Notes: generated from the sequence alone by a model not told the origin. DNA of 64,000 nt from Thermoflexus hugenholtzii JAD2 (GCA_945865725.1 CAMBEO010000001.1:51102-115101), one strand, 5' to 3'; positions 18,262 through 27,561 are shown, counted from the stretch's first letter. Translations and numbers: made by a program.

Positions 18262-19719
18262 TCAGGCTGCCGGTCCGGCCAGCTCGGCCCGGCGTGCCGC
18301 CGCCATCGTCATCGCGTCATGAGCCGCCTCGGCCCGACCCATCCGTGTCAGGGCGCGCCCGAGGATGTCGTACACGAGCGGTGGCACGTCCGCCCCGTCG
18401 AGCGCAGGGGAGAGGACGTGAACGGCCTCGGCCGGCGCACCCTCGTCGTCAAGCAAGTTGGCGAGCGTCGCCCGGCACTCGATGAACGCCGGGTGCGCCT
18501 GGACCGTCCGGTCAAGGAAGTCGTACGCCTCCTGCACGCGACCTGTCGTCCGCAGCAACTCGCCGCGCCAGGCGCAGACGGTGTCGGTCGGCCCGTGCGC
18601 GCCGACGTGACGGTCAAGCGTGCGCAGGACCGTCGGCGGGTCGTCACGCATTGCCGACGCGTACCCGATGAGCGCCTCGCGATGATCGCCATCGCGCGCG
18701 AGGATCGAGGCGTACAGGCGCGCGGCTGCCACGTCGTCGCCTCGCCGTGACGAGACCTCGGCGAGGCGCAACCAGAGGGCCGTCGCGGCCGGGAAGTGGG
18801 CGATCGCCCGCACGAGGGCGGCTTCCGCCTCGGCGACCAGCGCCATCCCGCCCGCCTCAACGCTGATCGTGCGCGACTGCCCGATCAAGTCCCGCGCGAG
18901 GAGTTCGGTCGCCGCGACGACGAACCGTGCGGGGCTTGCAACCTGCCCGGCCTCGGCGACCGACCGTCGCAACCAAAGGGTCGCCTCGTCGCGCCGCCCC
19001 TCGCTGATCGCGTGTTGCGCCAGCTTGAAGGCGTAGTAGCCCCCGGCGACATCGCGCGCATGCGCCCGCTCCAGGAGCGCGAGGTTCCGGGCGGACTTCC
19101 GCGCGATCACGTCCCGACCGACCGCATAGCCATGGTGCGTGATGGTCGGGGCATCGACGTCGACGTACCGCATGTCGGTGCCATCGGGCGCGACGACGGT
19201 CTCGTGCACGTCGCCGGTCCACGCGACCCCCGGCGCCCGCCGGAACACGCGCGCGCCCCGATGGGTCGTGGACGCGTCGCCCGGCGCATCCGGGTCGGAC
19301 AGGAGGTTCCGTACCGGCAGCGCGAAGCAGGTCGCGCCGGGGTCAGCGCTTCCCGCGCGCACGATCTCGCGCAGCGCCGGGGCCGTTGCGGGATCGACCT
19401 CCTCGTCAGCGTCGAGGACCAGGATCCAGTCGGCAGTCACCAGGCCGAGGGCCGCGTTCCGGGCGGCGGCGAACGAGTCGCACCACGCGAAATGCCCGAC
19501 GCGCGCACCATGCGCCTCGGCCACCTCGACCGTCGCATCATCCGACCCCGTGTCGACGACCACGATCTCGTCGACCCACGGCGCGGCGCTGGCGAGCGCC
19601 CGGGCGAGGACCGCCTCCTCGTCCCGAACGATCATGCAAAGGGCGATCCGCTGCCCGTCCGGCGTGGCATCCCACGACGCCAGTCGCCCGCGCACCCCGG
19701 CCGCAGCATTGGTCGTCAC
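18262..19719 (-). CDS. family-2 glycosyltransferase fused to TPR repeats (paralog 1)
   Basis: LCMIVRDEEAVLARALASAAPWVDEIVVVDTGSDDATVEVA...ILVLDADEEV is a GT-A fold with DxD. The C-terminal half is TPR-like helical repeats. The GTG start overlaps the upstream paralog stop (GTGA). Confidence 0.8.
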   Translation of the reverse strand: MTTNAAAGVRGRLASWDATPDGQRIALCMIVRDEEAVLARALASAAPWVDEIVVVDTGSDDATVEVAEAHGARVGHFAWCDSFAAARNAALGLVTADWILVLDADEEVDPATAPALREIVRAGSADPGATCFALPVRNLLSDPDAPGDASTTHRGARVFRRAPGVAWTGDVHETVVAPDGTDMRYVDVDAPTITHHGYAVGRDVIARKSARNLALLERAHARDVAGGYYAFKLAQHAISEGRRDEATLWLRRSVAEAGQVASPARFVVAATELLARDLIGQSRTISVEAGGMALVAEAEAALVRAIAHFPAATALWLRLAEVSSRRGDDVAAARLYASILARDGDHREALIGYASAMRDDPPTVLRTLDRHVGAHGPTDTVCAWRGELLRTTGRVQEAYDFLDRTVQAHPAFIECRATLANLLDDEGAPAEAVHVLSPALDGADVPPLVYDILGRALTRMGRAEAAHDAMTMAAARRAELAGPAA

Positions 19720-21176
19720 CCGTCAGACTCCTCTTGGTCGCTGCCCATGGCCGGTCCAGCACGCAGGCGATGCGCGATCTCCCGCGCGTTGGCGCCATCG
19801 CTCGCCTGGCCCGACTCGTCAAGCGCCACAGCAAGGTCGTCGTACACGTCGGGCGGCGAGGTGTCGCTGATCAGCGGCGCCAGCACGCGCACGGCCTCGG
19901 CCGCTTCTCCCGCCCGACGCAACACCCCTGCCAGTGCACGGCGCAGTGCGATGTCTCCGGGGTGGCGCCGTACGGCGCCGTCGAGGCGGTCATACGCCGC
20001 CTGCGCGTCCCCGGAACCTTCCTCGGCGAGGGCAAGCGCACGTGCGACGAGCGCATTGTCCGGCGCGTCGACCATCGCCTGCAGCAGCGTCGTGCGCGCC
20101 TCGGCCGGCCTGTCGAGCGCAAGGTAGGCCTCGCCCATGCCGTAGAGGGCACGCCAGCCGACGCTTGACCGGTCGATCGCGCCGACGACCGGCGCGTCGC
20201 GCCGTGACCGGGCCTCGCGAAATGCCGCGAGGGCACGGGCCGGCTCCTGGGCGGCTAGCAGGGCCAGACCGTGCTGCGTCCGTAGCGGCCCGTGGTCCGG
20301 GCAGGCCTGCGCCCCCCGGTCGCCCGCCGCGACCGCCGCGGTGACGTCCCCCAAGCTGAGGTGGGCCGCGATCAGGGTGCGGTAGGTGTCGGCCGCGTTC
20401 GGCGCCGCGAGCGGGCCGCGGGAAGCCCCGCCGCCTGCGCTGATCCGCAAGGCCGACTCGCCCTCCTGCACCGCCATCGCAAAATCGCCATCGGTCAGCG
20501 CGTGCTGCGCCGCCTTGTAGCGAAGGTACGCATCGTCCGGATCGGACGTGATCGCCGCCGCGAGCAGCATCGTGTTGCGCCGCAGTTTTTGGCGCTGGTC
20601 CATCACGTCCGGCCGGTAGCCGAGATGCTCGATGACCACGGATGGTGACGGAATCACCCTCAGCGACGTACCGGGGCGCGCCTCGACCGACTCGTGGATC
20701 GCGCCGACGAAGCGCACCTCGGGCACGTTTTCCCAGAGGCGCACCATCATGTCGTCCGTCGTGCCGAGGGCCGTCTCGCTGCGCACCAGCAGCGTGTACG
20801 CCCGCGGGTGTCCGGTAGGTCCCCGACCGTCGGCGACCAGCTCCCGCAGGCGTGGCGCGGTCCTGGCCGTGATCGCCTCGTCGGCGTCGAGGACCAGGAT
20901 CCAGTCGCCGGTCCCGAGGCCGATCGCGACGTTTCGCGCCCTCGCAAAGTCGTCACACCATGGAAAGTGCTCAACGTGCGCGCCTCGCGACTGCGCGATC
21001 GCCACCGTCCCGTCCGTGCTGCCGGTATCGACGACCACCACCTCGTCAACCCACGGGATCGCGCTCTCGAGGCATCGCGCCAGCATGCCGGCCTCGTCGC
21101 GCACGATCATGCAAAGGGAGATCCGCTGCCCGTCCGGCGTGGCGTTCCAGGTGCCCGTCCGCCCGCGCGAGACCAT
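19716..21176 (-). CDS. family-2 glycosyltransferase fused to TPR repeats (paralog 2)
   Basis: LCMIVRDEAGMLARCLESAIPWVDEVVVVDTGSTDGTVAIA...ILVLDADEAI followed by TPR-like repeats. Start ATG 21176 was chosen by alignment to paralog 1; alternatives are 21215 and 21395. Confidence 0.8.
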   Translation of the reverse strand: MVSRGRTGTWNATPDGQRISLCMIVRDEAGMLARCLESAIPWVDEVVVVDTGSTDGTVAIAQSRGAHVEHFPWCDDFARARNVAIGLGTGDWILVLDADEAITARTAPRLRELVADGRGPTGHPRAYTLLVRSETALGTTDDMMVRLWENVPEVRFVGAIHESVEARPGTSLRVIPSPSVVIEHLGYRPDVMDQRQKLRRNTMLLAAAITSDPDDAYLRYKAAQHALTDGDFAMAVQEGESALRISAGGGASRGPLAAPNAADTYRTLIAAHLSLGDVTAAVAAGDRGAQACPDHGPLRTQHGLALLAAQEPARALAAFREARSRRDAPVVGAIDRSSVGWRALYGMGEAYLALDRPAEARTTLLQAMVDAPDNALVARALALAEEGSGDAQAAYDRLDGAVRRHPGDIALRRALAGVLRRAGEAAEAVRVLAPLISDTSPPDVYDDLAVALDESGQASDGANAREIAHRLRAGPAMGSDQEESDG

Positions 21177-21576
21177 TCCGGGCGCTTCTTCCGTGATTGA
21201 TTTACCCGGCCCCATCGGCGACGTGCCCCTTGCAGTGCCGGCCTGGCGCATCCCGGCGGCGGCCGACCAGTCTACGAAACGCGCGCCTCGCGCCCCCCGC
21301 GCTACTCGGACCACCGCGCCGCGCCGATGAGCCCCCTTATCGACCCCAGGCGCCGAAAAGCCCCCGATTCGGGCCTGAAGGCGGCCCGCTAACACGGCCG
21401 ATGATGGTGGTGGACGCAGCTGGTGCGGTGAACGGGCCGGAAGGAACCGACCCGAGGAGAAACGGCAGACCTTGCGGTCGCCGTCGCCCGATCACCGACA
21501 CCAGCACAGCGCAGGATGCGCGCGTTCTCCCGCGGCATGGAGGCCGCAGGACTGTGATCGATAGGGAGGTGCCCTG

Positions 21577-22479
21577 ATGGCGCTCGTCATCAACTACAAC
21601 CAGTCGTCCCATGCCGCCCGACGAGGCGTCGACGGGTCGCAAGCCGTCTTCCAAGGCGCGATCGAGAAGCTCTCCAGCGGGCTTCGGATCAACAAGGCCT
21701 CCGACGACGCCGCCGGCTTGGCCGTGAGCGAGAAGCTCAGGAACCAGGTCCGGGGCCTCAATCAGGCGCAGCGCAACGCGCAAGACGCGATCAGCCTCCT
21801 TCAGGTGGCCGAGGGCGCCCTCAACGAGGTCCACGGCATCCTCGGGCGCGTTCGCGAACTCTCGGTCCAGTCGGCGAACGACACGCTGACCAACTCCGAT
21901 CGCACCCACATCCAGGCGGAGGTCGATGCCCTCCTGTCCGAGATTGACCGCATCAGCACGTCAACCCAGTTCAACAAGCTCAACTTGCTTGACGGATCCA
22001 CCGGCGATCGGGCAGCCGCCGCGTACGTCTTCCACGTTGGCGCGAACTTCGACGACCCGACCGCATCGAACGAGATCTCCTTCGTGATCGGCAACTCCGC
22101 ATTGGGGTTCAACGCCGCCAGCGATGGGCAGATCGATACGGCGACCCTCAATAACATCGCCGACCTGAAGTCGACCGGAACGGGCGTCGCGACCCAAGCG
22201 AATGCCAATACCGCGATCGCGTCGCTCGACCTCGCGATTGAGGCCGTCAGCGGTTACCGCGGCGCCATCGGCGCGATGCAGAACCGCTTGACCAGCGAGA
22301 TCAACAGCCTCGGGGTCGCCGCCGAGAACACCGGTGCCGCCAACAGCCGGATCCGGGACGCCGACGTCGCGCACGCGGTCTCCGAGATGGTGCGCGCGCA
22401 GATCCTCCAGCAGTCGTCGATGGCCGTTCTCGCCCAGGCCAATCAGGCGCCGCAGTCCGTCCTGCAACTCCTCCAGTAA
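21577..22479 (+). CDS. fliC: flagellin, short type (300 aa), copy 1
   Basis: LSSGLRINKASDDAAGLAVSEKLRNQVRGLNQAQRNAQDAISLLQVAEGAL at the N-terminus and RIRDADVAHAVSEMVRAQILQQSSMAVLAQANQAPQSVLQLLQ at the C-terminus. GGGAGG RBS. Confidence 0.95.
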   Translation: MALVINYNQSSHAARRGVDGSQAVFQGAIEKLSSGLRINKASDDAAGLAVSEKLRNQVRGLNQAQRNAQDAISLLQVAEGALNEVHGILGRVRELSVQSANDTLTNSDRTHIQAEVDALLSEIDRISTSTQFNKLNLLDGSTGDRAAAAYVFHVGANFDDPTASNEISFVIGNSALGFNAASDGQIDTATLNNIADLKSTGTGVATQANANTAIASLDLAIEAVSGYRGAIGAMQNRLTSEINSLGVAAENTGAANSRIRDADVAHAVSEMVRAQILQQSSMAVLAQANQAPQSVLQLLQ

Positions 22480-22574
22480 TTCCCGGGCATGCCCGCCCGC
22501 GCGCTCCGGGAGGGAGACGCAGGGCAGGCGCGCCCGCCCCCGCGCCACGCCGCTGCCACGGCACGGGCGCGTCC

Positions 22575-22611
22575 GACCGGCCCCGCGAACTCTCCGTTCG
22601 CGGGGCCGGTC
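22575..22611 (+). terminator. strong hairpin terminator after flagellin 1
   Basis: Perfect 16-bp stem, gaccggccccgcgaac / gttcgcggggccggtc, with loop tctcc. It is followed by gcatttcc. Confidence 0.6.
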
Positions 22612-22679
22612 GCATTTCCGCTCCCGCTACGGCCACCAGTCGCCCGCCCGCCCGTGGCGCGGCCGTACCATGCGACCCG

Positions 22680-23870
22680 ATGACCCGAGGCACCGACCCG
22701 GATCCGCTCGGGGACGCTTCCTTGCCCGACCTCGAGATCCCTGACGAGGCGGAACCGACCGGCGAGTGGGCGGCGTCGCCGGCCACGTTCCTCGACATCC
22801 TCGCCGAGGCACCGCCCGGCGCCACGATCGAGCTTGGGGCCGGAACCTACCGGATCCCCGGCACCATCGAGATCCGCAACCACGTCTTCCTGTCCGGCGC
22901 GGGCACTGTCCGCACGCACCTGGAGGCCACCGGCCCGGGCCCCGTCCTCCGCCTCGTCGGCAACGCCGCCCTGGCGCTCCGGGACCTCTCCATCAGCGCC
23001 AACCGGCAGTTCGCCTCCAATACCATCGAGGCGACCGACGGCGCCCTGATCCTGGAACGGGTGCGCGTTGGAGGGGCGCGCGACCGGCGCAACGCCCCCG
23101 ACCCGGGTAGCCCGGACGGGCCCGAACCCGGCTACGGCGTCCTCCTGGACGGGAACGTCTGGGCGACGATCACCTCGTGCCGGTTCGACGGGAACGATTC
23201 GGGCGGCATTTGCGTGCGCGGGCACTGCGCCCCGACCATCGTGGACGTGCACGTGCAGGGCGGAACCGCCGGGGTCGTCTTCGCGGGACACGCCGCGGGA
23301 GCATTGACGCGGTCGCGATGCCTTGGCGCCGCCATTGGCATCCTCGTCCTCGATCGCGCGCGCCCGGTCCTCGAGGGCAACACTTGCCGCGCGAACACCC
23401 ACACCGGCATCGCGTACCGCCTGATGGCCTCAGGCCTTGCCCGGGCGAACGACTGTTCCGACAACGGGTCGGTCGGCATCTGGGTCGGTGACGCCGCGAC
23501 GCCGACGCTCGACGGGAACGAGTGTCGCGGCAACCGCACGGCGGGCATCGCCTACCGGCGCGCCGCGAGCGGCACCGCCACGGCCAACGCCTGCAGTGGC
23601 GGCGCCATCGCCGGCATCTGGATTGGCGAGGGCGCGTGCCCCGACCTGATCGCGAACCGTTGCGAAGGCAACGTCAATGGCCTCGCATATACCGAATACG
23701 CCGGCGGGACCGCCCGCGCGAACGTCTGCGGCGCGAACACCCTGTTCGGCATCAGCGTCGCCGCCCTCGCCTCGCCCGACATCGTGGACAACGTCCTCGA
23801 AGGCAACGCCCTCGGGGCGCTTGCCGACCAGCGATCTCCCGAGAACGGGCCGATCGTCATCCCGAACTGA
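22680..23870 (+). CDS. right-handed parallel beta-helix repeat protein with a Cys ladder
   Basis: About 10 consecutive 23-residue turns of the form N.C..N...GI......A.P.L. Examples are NTCRANTHTGIAY, NDCSDNGSVGIWV, NECRGNRTAGIAY, NRCEGNVNGLAY and NVCGANTLFGISV. No signal peptide is evident. Confidence 0.7.
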   Translation: MTRGTDPDPLGDASLPDLEIPDEAEPTGEWAASPATFLDILAEAPPGATIELGAGTYRIPGTIEIRNHVFLSGAGTVRTHLEATGPGPVLRLVGNAALALRDLSISANRQFASNTIEATDGALILERVRVGGARDRRNAPDPGSPDGPEPGYGVLLDGNVWATITSCRFDGNDSGGICVRGHCAPTIVDVHVQGGTAGVVFAGHAAGALTRSRCLGAAIGILVLDRARPVLEGNTCRANTHTGIAYRLMASGLARANDCSDNGSVGIWVGDAATPTLDGNECRGNRTAGIAYRRAASGTATANACSGGAIAGIWIGEGACPDLIANRCEGNVNGLAYTEYAGGTARANVCGANTLFGISVAALASPDIVDNVLEGNALGALADQRSPENGPIVIPN

Positions 23871-24136
23871 TGCATCGGATGCCCCGCCGCCCGCTTGCGA
23901 CCCGCGCGACCCGGTTGCGGGGCCAGGGTCAATCCAGTTCGGGTGCGATCGCGGTACGAACCGCACCCCCGGCTTGCGCCCGACGCACCGGCCATCCACC
24001 GCACGACGATGCCGACGGGACGCTGGCAACCCGGTCGTCAACGGCACCCGCGGCGCGCATGGCACGCTAGAGTGGCTCGCGCGACCGGCAACCGGCCGGT
24101 GACTCGCCGCGCGACGCCCCGCCGGGACCACCACCG

Positions 24137-25690
24137 ATGACGACGCCTGCGACCGCCACGGCGAGGCTTTCGACGATCCGACTGCGCCACCCGGTTCGCC
24201 ACGAGGCGGCGCACGTCATCGACCTCGAGGCATGGGCCGACGCGGCGCGCCTCGTCGCCAGGCACGGGCGCCGCGTCGAGATCGTGCACGCCGTCGCGTC
24301 GACCCAGACGGCACCGGCCGACGAGGTCACGGCGCACGTCGCCCGCGTTGCCGGTGGCTTTCTCGGCGAGGCACGCCGCGCCCACGGCGCCGCCTGGCGA
24401 TGGGCGGGTACCGCCGTCGCCGCGTTCCTCGCCGTCGCTTGGTTCGACGCGGTCACCAACCTCGTATCGGTCGTCACTGCCACGGGAGGCGAGGTCCTCG
24501 CCATCGTCGTGGCGGCGATTCCGGCCGGCCTCGCCGCTGGCAAGGTCGTCGCCGAGGCGCGACGCGCCCGATCGTTGGGCGCCGTCGGCCGCGCCCTTGC
24601 GCTTGCCCGGGTCCGCCGGGCCGCCGTCCTGGAAGAGGGCGGCGACGACGTCGCGGCCTTCGCCAGCGAGTGCCTGTCGTCCCTCACTGAACTCGACGGC
24701 CTGGTCGCCCAGTTGCCGGATGCCGGCACGGACACCTGCGCGCGCGCCGCGATCCTCGCCCTCGGCATCGCCCGGGCCGCCTCCCGGCATGGCCTCGCGC
24801 CCGTCGCCGACGCCTACCACGCGATCCACGTCACCTTGGCGTCCGCCGAGGCGAGTGCCGCCGCGGCCGAACACGCCGGCGGCATGTTCGCGGAATCGCG
24901 CGTGCGCCGCACGATGCGCCGGGCACACGGCGCGATTCACGCCTCGCTATCGCCGTTCCGTGTCGTCGGCGGGGTCCGCACCTTTCCGCTCGCTCCCGCC
25001 TTTGGTGTCGTCGTCGCCCTCGCGATCGTCGGCGTCACGGCCGCCATCACCGGCACCTTTGTCGTCCCCAACGAAACGGCCGTGATCGTCGATCCCCCGG
25101 AGGCCCGGCTCGCACGCATCGCCGAGGCCGTCGGCGTCGACCTCTCGCCCCTCGGCTTCGACGGGGGAACGCGCACGGTCGTTCGCATCCCGGGCGCCCA
25201 ATGGTCGTGGCCACCGCCGTTCGCCGACCGTCGCGCCGTGGTTCTCGGCGACCAGTTCGCCACCGTCCGGTCGGTCGTCATCCAGACCGGCCCCGACACC
25301 TTCACCGTCCTGCAGGTTCGCATCCGCTTCCGGATCGTCGACCTTTCGCGGTGGGCGCGCTTCGACGCGACCGGCAACGGCTCGGCGCGTCTCGGCCGAG
25401 GCATCTCCGCCGAGTTGCAGGGGCGCCTCGAGGCCGTCGCGCGGGACCTCCTGCAACGCGGCGCGCGCGAACCGGCCCTCGCCCAGAACCCGCGCGCCCT
25501 CGCCCGGCAGGTCGAACAGGTCATGGTCATGCAGTTGCCGGGGATGCTTGGCCAGTTTGCCGGCACCGTCAACTCCTTCGACATCGTCGCTGAGGCCGGC
25601 GTCCGCGTCGATCCCAACTTCCGGCAGGCGGATGTCGGCCTCGACCGGACGGCCACTGCCGCCACCGCGGGCTTGGGCGTCGGCCCGTAG
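24137..25690 (+). CDS. hypothetical membrane protein; the C-terminal half is possibly SPFH/band-7-like
   Basis: Three hydrophobic segments. After the last TM, TFVVPNETAVIVDP...WSWPPPFADRRAVVLGDQFATV...VQVRIRFRIVDLSRWARF resembles an SPFH core by eye only. Confidence 0.4.
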   Translation: MTTPATATARLSTIRLRHPVRHEAAHVIDLEAWADAARLVARHGRRVEIVHAVASTQTAPADEVTAHVARVAGGFLGEARRAHGAAWRWAGTAVAAFLAVAWFDAVTNLVSVVTATGGEVLAIVVAAIPAGLAAGKVVAEARRARSLGAVGRALALARVRRAAVLEEGGDDVAAFASECLSSLTELDGLVAQLPDAGTDTCARAAILALGIARAASRHGLAPVADAYHAIHVTLASAEASAAAAEHAGGMFAESRVRRTMRRAHGAIHASLSPFRVVGGVRTFPLAPAFGVVVALAIVGVTAAITGTFVVPNETAVIVDPPEARLARIAEAVGVDLSPLGFDGGTRTVVRIPGAQWSWPPPFADRRAVVLGDQFATVRSVVIQTGPDTFTVLQVRIRFRIVDLSRWARFDATGNGSARLGRGISAELQGRLEAVARDLLQRGAREPALAQNPRALARQVEQVMVMQLPGMLGQFAGTVNSFDIVAEAGVRVDPNFRQADVGLDRTATAATAGLGVGP

Positions 25691-25769
25691 CGGTGGCCGG
25701 TCCCCGCGGTGATCGCACCGTGCCGAGGGGCGCCAGACACGCCCGGGTGGCTACACTCGACCTCGCGCC

Positions 25770-27404
25770 GTGAGTACCCCTTCGGACCGTACTGACGCCC
25801 AGCCGCCCATCGAACCTGTCGGCCTGCCCGTCCATCCGCAAGCCGATCCGCCTGCGTCGCCGGGTGCGGCCACGGCATTGCCCGCGACTGACTCGCCCGA
25901 TCCGGTCAGCCGTGCCGTCGATCCGGCAATCGACGCGATGCGTGCGCCGGAAGCGGCACGTCGCCCCCGCGGTGCGCCCATCGCGTCACCCGGACCCGCA
26001 CCTGCGTCACCGATCGACGGCCCGCCGGGCAACCTGGCCCCCGATGTGACGGCACGTGATCGGGGTCCCGTGCCAACCCCCCTGCGCCTCGCGACGAAAC
26101 GCCCGGCCGCGCCAGTCATGCCAGTGGTGCCCGCGAAGCCGGCAGACCGTGATGTGGCCCGGAAGACCCCAGCCCCATTGGCGCGAGAGAAAGCACGAGC
26201 GTTGCTGCCCTCCATTTACCCCGTGCCTCCGGCGGTCCCTACCCTCGTGACCAAGGCGAATAGGCAACCAGTCGCCGCGTCCGAGGCACCCGCCACGCTT
26301 GGGGCGCCCGCCACGCTTGGGGCGCCCGCCACGCTTGGGGCACCCGCCACGCCCGGGGCACCCGCCACGCCCGGGGCACCCGCCACGCCCGAGGCACCCG
26401 TGGCGCCCGAGGCCTCGCCATTCGAGCCGCTGGCGCCCGAACCGCCGCCGTCCGAACCGCCAGCAACCGAATCGCAGCCCTCCCCGCGTCGCGGACGCGC
26501 GCCGGTGGCTGCCCCCACCCTGGGCGCGGCCGATTTCGTGGCGACGATCGAGGCCCTCGTCCGGACTGGTTCCTCGGGAGCGGTCCTGCGCCAGGCCCGC
26601 CTGATGCGCCGCATCTCAATCTCGGACGTCGGCGCCACCACGCGCATCCGGCCCGAGTACGTCGCGGCGATGGAGGACGGCACACCAGGCGTACTGCCTC
26701 CGGGACGCTATGGCCTCAGCCTCTACCGGTCGTACGCCATCTTCCTCGGCGTGCCGCCTGACGACATCGTCCGCATGCGCGACCTCGAGGCCGGGCGTCG
26801 TGCGCGATCGGTGAGCATCTTCGGCGCGCGCGTCTCCGTGCAATCGTCACGCCGCCTCGTCGCCGTCGCCGTCATCGTGACGGCCCTCGCCCTTGCAGCT
26901 ACCTTCTGGCACGTCCTGCAACCCCTTGGCACCGGCGAGATCGAGGCCGCGACCGCTCGCGCCCTCGCGCAGGCGACCTACCTCCCCGGGATCACGGCCG
27001 CCCCGACACGGATGCCTCCGGCCGCCACCGTGTCGCTCCCGACCGCCGCACCGGCCCCGACGACCGCGCCTGTACCGTCCCGGGTGCTCGGCGGGGCGCC
27101 AACGGCCACCTCCGAACCGGCAAGTCCCGGCCGAGTCGCGGCACCCGTCTCTGGTCCGGTCGACCCCGGCGTCGTCACCCTGTCCTTCCTCGAGGAAAGC
27201 TGGGTCCGGGTGTCGGTCGACGGCACCTTGGTGTTCGAGGGGACGGCGCGCCCGAACGAGCGCCGGAACTATTCGGGAGACGTCGTCGCGGTCGTCATCG
27301 GCAACGCGGCGGGCGTCGACCTCGTCGCCTTCGGTGACCGCGTCGGCGTCGTCGGCAAGACGGGCGAGGTGTTCGAGGCCATCTACCGGCGACCGTCGGG
27401 GTAG
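25770..27404 (+). CDS. RodZ-like protein (HTH + TM + DUF4115-like C-terminus) with a long Pro/Ala-rich N-terminal extension
   Basis: LRQARLMRRISISDVGATTRIRPEYVAAMEDG is an HTH. TM is LVAVAVIVTALALAATFW. C-terminal VTLSFLEESWVRVSVDGTLVFEGTARPNERRNYSGDVVAVVIGNAAGVDLV is DUF4115-like. An internal GTG near 26503 would give the canonical N-terminal HTH form. Confidence 0.6.
   Translation: MSTPSDRTDAQPPIEPVGLPVHPQADPPASPGAATALPATDSPDPVSRAVDPAIDAMRAPEAARRPRGAPIASPGPAPASPIDGPPGNLAPDVTARDRGPVPTPLRLATKRPAAPVMPVVPAKPADRDVARKTPAPLAREKARALLPSIYPVPPAVPTLVTKANRQPVAASEAPATLGAPATLGAPATLGAPATPGAPATPGAPATPEAPVAPEASPFEPLAPEPPPSEPPATESQPSPRRGRAPVAAPTLGAADFVATIEALVRTGSSGAVLRQARLMRRISISDVGATTRIRPEYVAAMEDGTPGVLPPGRYGLSLYRSYAIFLGVPPDDIVRMRDLEAGRRARSVSIFGARVSVQSSRRLVAVAVIVTALALAATFWHVLQPLGTGEIEAATARALAQATYLPGITAAPTRMPPAATVSLPTAAPAPTTAPVPSRVLGGAPTATSEPASPGRVAAPVSGPVDPGVVTLSFLEESWVRVSVDGTLVFEGTARPNERRNYSGDVVAVVIGNAAGVDLVAFGDRVGVVGKTGEVFEAIYRRPSG
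26286..26411. repeat. 7 tandem copies of an 18-bp unit (codes GAPATL/GAPATP)
   Basis: gcacccgccacgcttggg repeated head to tail, drifting to ...cccggg and ...cccgag. Confidence 0.85.
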
Positions 27405-27561
27405 GCCAGCGCCGGACGACGTGCCCTCGTAATGTGGGACACTCGGAGAAATGACCACCGAACCATCAGGCATGGCGCGCCGTCACGGACGATCCCCGGC
27501 CCTGACGCCGAAACGGGCGGCCAGCCGTCGCGCCGGATCCCCGTCCTCCCGGGTCGTCCAG

